The translations under genes and the position numbers were made by a program. From the NCBI GenBank assembly GCA_963842725.1, contig CAWJHN010000001.1:84447-148446 (forward strand): a stretch of DNA of 64,000 nt, in the 5' to 3' direction. Positions 56,929 to 64,000 of this stretch are shown here, one piece after another. Source of the stretch: an uncultured Actinomycetes bacterium. Lineage in GTDB: Bacteria > Actinomycetota > Actinomycetes > S36-B12. Numbering within the stretch: position 1 is the first letter of the stretch; every line of letters begins with the position of its first letter. Under the pieces are notes generated by a model. That model was given only the letters and a program-made list of their open reading frames with translations, had not been told where the DNA came from and searched no databases.

Positions 56929-57540
56929 TCACGACGCCTCGGAGGCGTAGAGGCCGTGCTTGGCGATGAACGCCGCCACCGCATCCGGGACGAGGTATCC
57001 GATGGGCTCGCCCGCGGCGACGCGAGCACGGACGTCGGTCGAGGAGATCGCGAGCGCCGGAACCTCGATCAGGGTCGCGGAGCCCTCGGGCAGCCCCGGG
57101 TTCGCCAGGACATGGCCGGGCCGGGTCACGCCGATCAGGTGCGCCGTGGTCAGGATCCGCTCCGGGTCGCGCCACCCGACGATGTCGGCCAGCGCATCGG
57201 CGCCGGTGATGAAGAACCACTCGACCGTGTCGTCCGGATGCGCCTGGGCGAAGTCCCGCTCGAGGTCACGAAGGGTGTCGACGGTGTAGGTCGGACCACC
57301 GCGGTCGATATCGGCACGCGTCACGTCGAACCTCGGATCGCGCGCGGTGGCGACCACCGTCATCAGGTAGCGCTGCTCACCGGATGCCCCCGGTGCCGAC
57401 TTGTACCAGGGCTCGCCCGTCGGGCTGAAGACGACGCGGTCCAGCGAGAAGCGGTGGGCGACCTCTGATGCTGCGACCAGGTGACCGTGGTGGATCGGGT
57501 CGAAGGACCCGCCCATGATGCCGATCCGGTGGTGCGCCAT
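56929..57540 (-). CDS. nadD: Nicotinate-nucleotide adenylyltransferase
   Basis: ATG at 57538-57540 ([21 protein letters not shown]). Contains ISSTDVR. Confidence 0.9.
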   Translation of the reverse strand: MAHHRIGIMGGSFDPIHHGHLVAASEVAHRFSLDRVVFSPTGEPWYKSAPGASGEQRYLMTVVATARDPRFDVTRADIDRGGPTYTVDTLRDLERDFAQAHPDDTVEWFFITGADALADIVGWRDPERILTTAHLIGVTRPGHVLANPGLPEGSATLIEVPALAISSTDVRARVAAGEPIGYLVPDAVAAFIAKHGLYASEAS

Positions 57541-57557
57541 TCCCGGGACCGGGACGG

Positions 57558-57698
57558 CTAGTCCCGACCGACCTTGATCATCATGGTGGCGACGAGCAGC
57601 ACGACCAGTGCCGCGAAGGCGAAGCCCCCGAAGACGTACGGGGACACGACGGAGCCCGCCTCCTCGGCGTTCACCACGGCAAGGCTGACGACGTCCAT
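57558..57698 (-). CDS. 46-aa single-TM micro-protein (not in ORF track)
   Basis: Hand translation gives [46 protein letters not shown]. The SD sequence GGAGGAAAC lies 2 nt before the ATG, codons have G/C-rich third positions, and it fills the proA-nadD gap. Confidence 0.5.
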   Translation of the reverse strand: MDVVSLAVVNAEEAGSVVSPYVFGGFAFAALVVLLVATMMIKVGRD

Positions 57699-57755
57699 GC
57701 GTTTCCTCCATCAGGTGCGGCTCGTGATCGGGCCACTCTAGCCCGAGGGCTGCGG

Positions 57756-59045
57756 CTAGGTGCGGATGTGCCCGTCCCCCGTGACGACGTAGGTGGTCGT
57801 GGTCAGCTCGGTGAGGCCCATGGGACCGCGCGCGTGCAGCTTCTGGGTCGAGATGCCGATCTCGGCGCCGAAGCCGAACTCCCCGCCGTCGGTGAACCGG
57901 GTCGACGCGTTCACCATGACCGCCGCGGAGTCGACCCCCGCCACGAAGCGCTGAGCCGCGGACTGGCTGTCGGTGACGATCGCCTCGGTGTGGCCCGACG
58001 ACCATCGGCGGATGTGGTCGAGGGCATCGTCGATCGAGTCGACGATGCCGGCTGCGATGTCAAGCGAGTAGTACTCCGACGCCCAGTCCTCGTCGGTGAC
58101 GTCGGCGAAGCCGACGCCCGTGCCGGTGGCATGGAGCGCAAAGCGGCGGTCGCCGTGGATGGTCACGCCGGCCTCGCGCAGCGCCTCGAGCGCTCGCGGC
58201 AGGAAGGCGTCTGCGATGTCGCGGTGCACGAGCACCGTCTCGGCCGCGTTGCACACGCTGACGCGCTGGGCCTTGCTGTTGAGCAGGATCGCGATGGCCT
58301 TGTCGATGTCGGCGTCCTTGTCGACGTACACGTGGCAATTCCCGACGCCGGTCTCGATGACGGGCACGGTCGAGTTGTCGACGACACTGCGGATCAGTGC
58401 GGCGCCGCCCCTGGGGATCAGCACGTCGACGAGGCCGCGCGCCGTCATCAGGTGCCGGACCGACTCGTGCGAGTCGCCGGGCACGGTCTGGATCGCGTCC
58501 GCGGGCAGCCCGGCTTCGACCAGGGCGTCCCGCATCACCCCGGCCAGCGCCTCGTTGCTCGCGGCCGCCGATGAGGAACCTCGCAGCAGGGCCGCGTTGC
58601 CGCTCTTGAGGCACAGTCCCGCTGCGTCGACGGTGACGTTCGGGCGCGCCTCGTAGATCATCCCGACGACGCCCAAGGGCACTCGCACCTGCCGCACCTG
58701 AAGCCCGTTGGGCAGCGTGTAGCCGCGCACGACCTCGCCGACGGGGTCGGGAAGGGCGGCGACGTCGCGGAGCGCCTCGGCGATGGCCGTGATGCGGTCG
58801 GGGGTCAGGGTCAGCCGGTCGACGAGGGCCTCGGAGGTGCCGCTCGCCCGGGCACGGGCCACGTCGGCCTCGTTGGCACGGACGATCTCGTCCGCCCGCT
58901 CATCGAGCGCGTCGGCCATCGCGATCAGGGCGGCGTCCTTCTCGTCTCGCGTCAGCCGCCGCAGGGACACCGACGCCGTGCGGGCCCGACGGGCGGTGGC
59001 GAGCACGAGATCGCGCTCGTCGGAGGGCACGGTCGGTTCGGTCAT
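57756..59045 (-). CDS. proA: Glutamate-5-semialdehyde dehydrogenase
   Basis: ATG at 59043-59045 ([14 protein letters not shown]). 429 aa, with [29 protein letters not shown]-type motifs and [10 protein letters not shown]. Confidence 0.95.
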   Translation of the reverse strand: MTEPTVPSDERDLVLATARRARTASVSLRRLTRDEKDAALIAMADALDERADEIVRANEADVARARASGTSEALVDRLTLTPDRITAIAEALRDVAALPDPVGEVVRGYTLPNGLQVRQVRVPLGVVGMIYEARPNVTVDAAGLCLKSGNAALLRGSSSAAASNEALAGVMRDALVEAGLPADAIQTVPGDSHESVRHLMTARGLVDVLIPRGGAALIRSVVDNSTVPVIETGVGNCHVYVDKDADIDKAIAILLNSKAQRVSVCNAAETVLVHRDIADAFLPRALEALREAGVTIHGDRRFALHATGTGVGFADVTDEDWASEYYSLDIAAGIVDSIDDALDHIRRWSSGHTEAIVTDSQSAAQRFVAGVDSAAVMVNASTRFTDGGEFGFGAEIGISTQKLHARGPMGLTELTTTTYVVTGDGHIRT

Positions 59046-59084
59046 GGCGGCCAGCCTACCGACCCCCTCGGCCCACCCCCGGTC

Positions 59085-59149
59085 CCGTCGACCTTGAGGT
59101 TGGCGGCGATCCGCTGCGCGGATTCCGCCGCCAACCTCAAGGTCGACGG
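59085..59149. repeat. Palindromic element B (65 nt, near-perfect inverted repeat)
   Basis: CCGTCGACCTTGAGGTTGGCGGCG-ATCCGC-TGC-GCGGAT-TC-CGCCGCCAACCTCAAGGTCGACGG. It has a 24-bp perfect outer stem and a 6-bp inner stem, and lies 40 nt upstream of the proA start. Confidence 0.9.
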
Positions 59150-59196
59150 AAGTGTCGGGGTTGTCGGGGTGGGTGGGACGCGGTTCGGGGCGCCGC

Positions 59197-59604
59197 TCAG
59201 AACGGGATGACGCGGCCGGCGGCCACCAGGCCAGGCTGCTCGTGGATGTACCGCCCACGCCGATGGAACGTCTCGCGATCGACCACCTCGACGCCGACGA
59301 CGCGCCACGCTGGCAGCTGGGCAGAAGCCGTGTGCTCGTCCCAGAGCAGGACGGCCATGCGCAGCGCCGTGGCGACGTCGCCGGCCTCCTCCCAGTACCG
59401 GACCTCGGCCCGGTCCGTCGAGAACCGCCCGGACAGCAGGAACGGATGCTCCTCGCTCAGCCGCTCGAGGGCCGACTTGATCACGGCGGCCGGCACGGCC
59501 CGACCCGCAACGGTCAGCGTGATGTGCCACATCGGCCGCGCGGCTACGGCCTCGTCATCGCCGTCGGCGACCGGGCGCAGCCGCGGGGTCTCCGCAGCAT
59601 CCAT
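59197..59604 (-). CDS. Hypothetical protein (small alpha/beta, no recognisable motif)
   Basis: 135-aa ORF with an ATG start between proB and proA, and good GC3 codon bias. An alternative internal start is [10 protein letters not shown]. Confidence 0.5.
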   Translation of the reverse strand: MDAAETPRLRPVADGDDEAVAARPMWHITLTVAGRAVPAAVIKSALERLSEEHPFLLSGRFSTDRAEVRYWEEAGDVATALRMAVLLWDEHTASAQLPAWRVVGVEVVDRETFHRRGRYIHEQPGLVAAGRVIPF

Positions 59605-59634
59605 GCCGACTCCCGAACGCTCGTCGGCGTGCCG

Positions 59635-60762
59635 TCAGGTGGTCAGGATCACCAGGTCGTCGCGGTGGACGATCTCGCGTTCGTAGGCCGGCCCGAGCTC
59701 ACGCGCCAGTTCTCGTGTGGAGCGACCGAGAAGGCTCGGCAACTCCTGTGCGTCAAAGTTGACCAAACCTCGGGCGATGATGTGGCCGTTTTCGTCCAAA
59801 AGGTCCACCGGATCGCCAGCGACGAACGTCCCGTCTATCGCGGTGACGCCCGCCGGCAGGAGGGACGAGCGACGTTGGACGACGGCAGTGACCGCACCGT
59901 GGTCGAGGTGGAGCCGCCCGGCCGGAGCCGTCGCGTGCGCGAGCCACAGCAGCCGCGTGGAGGTCCGCTCCCCCGTCGGATGGAACACGGTGCCGACGTC
60001 GGCGGTCGTGAGGGCGCTCGACACGTCGGCCGCGGATGCCAGGAGCACCGGGATTCCCGCGGACGTCGCGATGCTCGCCGCCTGCACCTTGGTCGTCATG
60101 CCGCCGAGTCCGACTCCCGTGGCGCCGGTTCCCCTGACGCGGACACCGGCGAGGTCTGCGGGTCCCCGCACGTCGGTGATCAGCCGGGTGCCCTCCCGGC
60201 TCGGCGGCCCGTCGAACAGGCCCTCCACGTCCGACAGGAGCGTCAGGGCGTCCGCCTGCACCACGTGCGCGACCAGTGCGGCAAGCCGGTCGTTGTCGCC
60301 GAACCGGATCTCGTCGGTTGCCACCGTGTCGTTCTCGTTGACGATCGGGACGACGCCCAGGTCGAGCAGCCGGAACAGGGTCCGCTGCGCGTTGCGGTAG
60401 TGGCTGCGGCGGATCACGTCGTCGGCCGTCACGAGCACCTGGCCCACCGTCAGTCCGTGCCGTGCGAAGGCGATGCTGTACTGGGCCACGAGCATGCCCT
60501 GCCCCACCGACGCCGCCGCCTGCTGCGTGGCCAGGTCCCGCGGCCGGCGCTTGAGCCCGAGCGTCGGGAATCCGGTGGCGATCGCGCCGCTCGACACCAG
60601 GACCACCTGCTGCCCGGCATGATGACGAGCGGCAATCTGCTCGACCAGCGCATCGATGCGATCCACATCGAGACCCCCACCGAGCCGGGTCAGGGACGAC
60701 GATCCGACCTTGACGACCATGCGTGGCGCGGCCGCGATGCGTGCGCGGATCTCGTGGGTCAC
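59635..60762 (-). CDS. proB: Glutamate 5-kinase (with PUA domain)
   Basis: 375-aa ORF whose GTG start overlaps the obg stop (GTGA). Contains [27 protein letters not shown] and GGMTTK. Confidence 0.95.
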   Translation of the reverse strand: MTHEIRARIAAAPRMVVKVGSSSLTRLGGGLDVDRIDALVEQIAARHHAGQQVVLVSSGAIATGFPTLGLKRRPRDLATQQAAASVGQGMLVAQYSIAFARHGLTVGQVLVTADDVIRRSHYRNAQRTLFRLLDLGVVPIVNENDTVATDEIRFGDNDRLAALVAHVVQADALTLLSDVEGLFDGPPSREGTRLITDVRGPADLAGVRVRGTGATGVGLGGMTTKVQAASIATSAGIPVLLASAADVSSALTTADVGTVFHPTGERTSTRLLWLAHATAPAGRLHLDHGAVTAVVQRRSSLLPAGVTAIDGTFVAGDPVDLLDENGHIIARGLVNFDAQELPSLLGRSTRELARELGPAYEREIVHRDDLVILTT

Positions 60763-62141
60763 GCCCGGTCACCGCCGGTGAGCTCGTCGAGGCGGGCATC
60801 GAGCCGGACGTCGGTGCCCCGGGGCCCGGCGTGCGGCGCGTCTCCCGCGAGGAGCGTCGGGTACCAGTCGAACACGACGGCGTCGTCCCCACCGATCATC
60901 ACGGTGCAGCCCGGCGTCGCGCCCTGCTTGATCAGCAGCTCCTCGACCCCGAGCCGGGCCAGGCGGTCCGCGAGGTAGCCGACGGCCTCGTCGTTGCTGA
61001 AGTCGGTCTGACGGACCCAGCGCTCGGGCCGATCGCCGCGGACGCGGAAGCCGTCAGGCTCCTCGGTGACGGTGAACCCGGCGTCGTCCACGGCCTTCGG
61101 AGTAACGACGACCCGCACGTTCTCGTCGGGCTCGGCAGCCTTGCGCGCGGCCACGACCCGCTCGGCCATCCCGAACGACAGCTGGCGCAGCCCCTCGTGG
61201 GTGGCCGCCGATATCTCGAAGACGGGGTAGCCCCGCGCCTCCAGCAACGGCTTGACCATCTCGGCGAGCACGCGGGCGTCGGGAACGTCGATCTTGTTCA
61301 GGGCGACGAGCCGCGGGCGGTCGTGCAGGCCGCCGTACAGGGCGAGCTCGTTCTCGATGGCGTCGAGGTCATCGATGGGGTCGCGTCCTGGATCGATGGT
61401 CGCGCAGTCCAGCACGTGCACGAGCACGCTGCAGCGCTCGACGTGCCGCAGGAACTCCAGCCCGAGCCCCTTGCCCTGGCTGGCCCCGGGGATCAGGCCC
61501 GGCACGTCGGCCACGGTGTAGACGACCTCGCCGGCGGTCACGACCCCCAGGTTCGGCACCAGGGTCGTGAAGGGGTAGTCGGCGATCTTGGGGCGGGCGG
61601 CCGACATGGCCGCGACCACGCTGGACTTGCCCGCGCTCGGGAAGCCGACCAGAGCCACGTCGGCGACGATCTTCAGCTCCAGGACCACCTCGCGGTGCTC
61701 GCCCGGCTCGCCGAGCAGGGCGAAGCCCGGTGCCTTGCGTCGCGGCGAGGCCAGCGCGGCGTTGCCGAGGCCGCCGCGTCCGCCTCGGGCGATGACGTAC
61801 GAGACCCCTGCCCCGACGAGGTCGGCCAGCACCTCTCCGCCGGGCGTCGTGACGACGGTGCCGCTCGGCACCCGCAGGACGACGTCCGATGCCTTGGCGC
61901 CGTGCCGGTGGCCTCCCTGGCCGGGCTTGCCGTTCATGGCCTTCTTGTGGGGCCCGTGATGGAACTCCAGGAGGGTCGTCACGCCGGGGTCGACCACGGC
62001 GATGATGTCGCCGCCGCTGCCGCCGTTGCCGCCGTCCGGTCCGCCGAGCGGCTTGAACTTCTCGCGCATGATGGAGGCGCAGCCGTTGCCGCCGTCGCCC
62101 GCCTGCGCGTGCAGCGTGACGTGATCAACGAACGTGGCCAT
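60759..62141 (-). CDS. obg: GTPase Obg/CgtA
   Basis: ORF 60759..62225, with the real start at ATG 62139-62141 ([23 protein letters not shown]) and GAGGG upstream. Gly-rich Obg fold, G1 [19 protein letters not shown]. Confidence 0.95.
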   Translation of the reverse strand: MATFVDHVTLHAQAGDGGNGCASIMREKFKPLGGPDGGNGGSGGDIIAVVDPGVTTLLEFHHGPHKKAMNGKPGQGGHRHGAKASDVVLRVPSGTVVTTPGGEVLADLVGAGVSYVIARGGRGGLGNAALASPRRKAPGFALLGEPGEHREVVLELKIVADVALVGFPSAGKSSVVAAMSAARPKIADYPFTTLVPNLGVVTAGEVVYTVADVPGLIPGASQGKGLGLEFLRHVERCSVLVHVLDCATIDPGRDPIDDLDAIENELALYGGLHDRPRLVALNKIDVPDARVLAEMVKPLLEARGYPVFEISAATHEGLRQLSFGMAERVVAARKAAEPDENVRVVVTPKAVDDAGFTVTEEPDGFRVRGDRPERWVRQTDFSNDEAVGYLADRLARLGVEELLIKQGATPGCTVMIGGDDAVVFDWYPTLLAGDAPHAGPRGTDVRLDARLDELTGGDRA

Positions 62142-62179
62142 GGTGCCCTCATTCTTCCGTAGACGTGCGCCCACCCGCG

Positions 62180-62241
62180 GTTGAGTGGCGAGTGGTGTCG
62201 GGATCTGGCGGCTGGGGAACGCCACAAGTCGCCACTCGACG
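62180..62241. repeat. Palindromic element C (degenerate relative of element A)
   Basis: GTTGAGTGGCGAGTGGTGTCGGG...GAACGCCACAAGTCGCCACTCGACG. The right arm matches the element A arm (GTCGAGTGGCGA.TTGTGG) almost exactly, while the left arm is decayed. It lies between the rpmA terminator and the obg start. Confidence 0.7.
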
Positions 62242-62267
62242 TGGGGGTTCGGCGCGAGAATGCGGAA

Positions 62268-62289
62268 GGGCGGGCCCGAAGGCCCGCCC
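62268..62289 (-). terminator. Stem-loop terminator after rpmA
   Basis: GGGCGGGCC-TTCG-GGCCCGCCC (9-bp stem, tetraloop) followed by TTCCGCATTCT on the minus strand, 27 nt after the rpmA stop. Confidence 0.6.
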
Positions 62290-62315
62290 CACCGATGCTC
62301 ACGAGTGTGCCGGTG

Positions 62316-62570
62316 CTACTCGCCTGCGACGATGTTGACGACTCGCCGGCCGCGGTGCATACCGAACTGGACCTTGCCGGGCGCGAGCGCGAACAGGGTG
62401 TCGTCACCGCCACGGCCGACATTGTCGCCGGGGTGGAAGTGCGTGCCACGCTGGCGCACGATGATCTCGCCGGCGTTGACCTCCTGGCCGCCGTAGCGCT
62501 TCACGCCCAGGCGCTGGGCGTTGGAGTCGCGGCCGTTGCGGGTGCTGGATGCACCTTTCTTGTGTGCCAT
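62316..62570 (-). CDS. rpmA: 50S ribosomal protein L27
   Basis: 84-aa [28 protein letters not shown]. Confidence 0.97.
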   Translation of the reverse strand: MAHKKGASSTRNGRDSNAQRLGVKRYGGQEVNAGEIIVRQRGTHFHPGDNVGRGGDDTLFALAPGKVQFGMHRGRRVVNIVAGE

Positions 62571-62574
62571 CAGT

Positions 62575-62889
62575 TCACTTCCCGGGGGTGATGTCGGTGA
62601 CCTTGACCGCGGTGAGCTCCTGACGGTGCCCCTGGCGACGGCGGTAGCCGGTCTTGTTCTTGTACTTCAGGATGTCGATCTTGGGGCCGCGGTGGTGATC
62701 GACGATCTCTGCGGTGCAGGTGGCCTTCGCCAGCACCGCGGGATCCGACGTGACGGCTGCACCGTCGACGAGGAGCAGGACCGGCAGGGCCAGCGACGCG
62801 CCCGGCTCTCCCGCCTGGCGGTCGAGTACCACGACGTCGCCGACTGCGACCTTCTCTTGCCGGCCGCCGGCACGGACGATGGCGTACAC
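62575..62889 (-). CDS. rplU: 50S ribosomal protein L21
   Basis: 104-aa ORF, (M)[19 protein letters not shown], with a GTG start and AGGAG upstream. Confidence 0.95.
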   Translation of the reverse strand: MYAIVRAGGRQEKVAVGDVVVLDRQAGEPGASLALPVLLLVDGAAVTSDPAVLAKATCTAEIVDHHRGPKIDILKYKNKTGYRRRQGHRQELTAVKVTDITPGK

Positions 62890-63022
62890 CGCTTACTCCT
62901 GTCGTTCTGGATCGCTGGAAACGGATCCTGGATCATGTCTCCGGACAAGCCGGAGGGCGCCGAAGAGGCGCGCAAGGGTCAAGGATACGGATGCCCCTCC
63001 CACGGGGTCAAACCGCACCCCC

Positions 63023-64000
63023 TCAGGCCTCGTCGTCGACCTCGACCTCGATGTCGTCGCCCGTCGCGTGCACGGCCGCCTCAGCGACCTCGCGTGCCAG
63101 CTCGGCCACGTCGATCTCGGCGACGCCCGCCTCGGACAGCTCCTCGAGATCCGCCTCGGCGATCACGGCCAGCTCGGCCTGGACGACGTCCTCGGCCTCG
63201 ATGACGTCGTCCGCCTCGTTGTCGGCCATCTCTGCCTCCTCATGGGCCGCGAGGGCTCGCGCCGCGACGTCGGCCGGGTCGACCGCGTTGGCCGGTCGCC
63301 GATACCTCGGCGACTGCTCGGCGTGGTCATGGTCCCCGTGCAGCGACACCTTGATCCCTCTGCCATTGCAATGGTCGCAGGTCTCGGAGAAGGACTCCAG
63401 CAGGCCCGAGCCGATGCGCTTGCGCGTCATCTGGACCAGTCCGAGCGAGGTCACCTCGGCCACCTGGTGCTTGGTCCGATCGCGCCCGAGGCACTCGACG
63501 AGGCGACGGAGCACGAGGTCGCGGTTGCTCTCCAGGACCATGTCGATGAAGTCGACGACGATGATGCCGCCGATGTCCCGCAGGCGCAGCTGACGGACGA
63601 TCTCCTCGGCCGCCTCCAGGTTGTTGCGCGTGACGGTCTGCTCGAGGTTCCCGCCCTGACCGGTGAACTTGCCGGTGTTGACGTCGACGACCGTCATGGC
63701 CTCGGTGCGGTCGATCACCAGCGAGCCGCCCGACGGCAGGTAGACCTTGCGGTCCAGTGCCTTCATCAGCTGCTCCTCGACGCGGTACTCCGCGAAGACG
63801 TCGTTGCTGGCCACCCAGTGCTGCAGCCGGTCCACCAGGTCCGGGGCGACGGCGCCGATGTACGCGCTGATGGCGGTCCAGGCGGTGTCGCCCGCGATGA
63901 CGAGCTGATGCACGTCCTCGTTGAAGATGTCGCGGACGACCTTGATGGCCAGGTCCGGCTCGCTGTACAGCAGCGCCGGCGGGCTCGCCGACTTCGCGGC
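63023..64000 (-). CDS. rne: Ribonuclease E/G (C-terminal part; the gene continues beyond the window end)
   Basis: The open frame runs to the window edge. Catalytic-domain motifs are VVDVNTGKF, LRDIGGIIVVDFIDM, TSLGLVQMTRKR and the Zn-link CDHCNGRG. There is an acidic C-terminal tail. Confidence 0.9.
   Translation of the reverse strand, partial: AAKSASPPALLYSEPDLAIKVVRDIFNEDVHQLVIAGDTAWTAISAYIGAVAPDLVDRLQHWVASNDVFAEYRVEEQLMKALDRKVYLPSGGSLVIDRTEAMTVVDVNTGKFTGQGGNLEQTVTRNNLEAAEEIVRQLRLRDIGGIIVVDFIDMVLESNRDLVLRRLVECLGRDRTKHQVAEVTSLGLVQMTRKRIGSGLLESFSETCDHCNGRGIKVSLHGDHDHAEQSPRYRRPANAVDPADVAARALAAHEEAEMADNEADDVIEAEDVVQAELAVIAEADLEELSEAGVAEIDVAELAREVAEAAVHATGDDIEVEVDDEA

Noticed and set aside
60759-62225. 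The N-terminal 28-residue extension of Obg in the ORF track ([28 protein letters not shown]).
   Set aside because: The extension is palindrome element C read through. The canonical Obg N-terminus MATFVDHV begins at ATG 62141 with its own GAGGG ribosome-binding site.
62890-63022. A possible structured ribosomal-protein leader upstream of rplU-rpmA, with the hairpins GCGCC-TCTTC-GGCGC and CTCCGG-CTTGT-CCGGAG on the minus strand.
   Set aside because: The hairpins lie immediately after the rne stop and are equally well explained as the rne terminator. I know of no actinobacterial L21 leader to compare with, so no call is made.

Overview
This is a 64-kb, very GC-rich chromosomal segment. Spot counts on 60-nt lines give about 75% GC in core genes. 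Gene content and order are typical of a high-GC Gram-positive bacterium (Actinomycetota). The synteny obg-proB-proA-nadD-rsfS and era-ybeY-phoH-dnaJ-hrcA-hemW-lepA looks Propionibacteriales/Nocardioidaceae-like, but that placement is inference only.

I support about 60 protein genes, one tRNA-Ala(GGC), a Zur box, a CIRCE operator, several terminator hairpins and a small family of long intergenic palindromes. Most genes are housekeeping: ppdK, dus, glyQS, znuACB-zur, uppS, recO, era, ybeY, phoH, rsmE, dnaJ, hrcA, hemW, lepA, rpsT, holA, comEA/comEC, plsY, leuS, nadD, rsfS, proA, proB, obg, rpmA, rplU and rne. Many junctions are 4-nt ATGA/GTGA overlaps, which indicates translational coupling.

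I found no transposase, integrase, CRISPR array, prophage or recognisable defence-system gene. I cannot point to a clear-cut novel system.

The items most worth a second look are:
- Two secreted, disulfide-rich Ig-like proteins divergently paired with hmuTUV.
- A translationally coupled MFS_2 transporter and sphingosine-1-phosphate-lyase-like PLP enzyme operon.
- About 65-nt near-perfect palindromes sitting between co-directional genes of conserved operons. One of them supplies the apparent 5' end of hemW.
- Four single-nucleotide frameshifts within 7.7 kb, in comEA, essential leuS, an EamA transporter and a metzincin. These most likely flag assembly indels.
- An RCK-2TM-RCK channel-like protein with a degenerate selectivity filter.
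- Lower-GC islets encoding secreted proteins.
- An uncalled 46-codon membrane micro-ORF.

The many long ORFs antisense to real genes in the supplied track are GC-composition artefacts.
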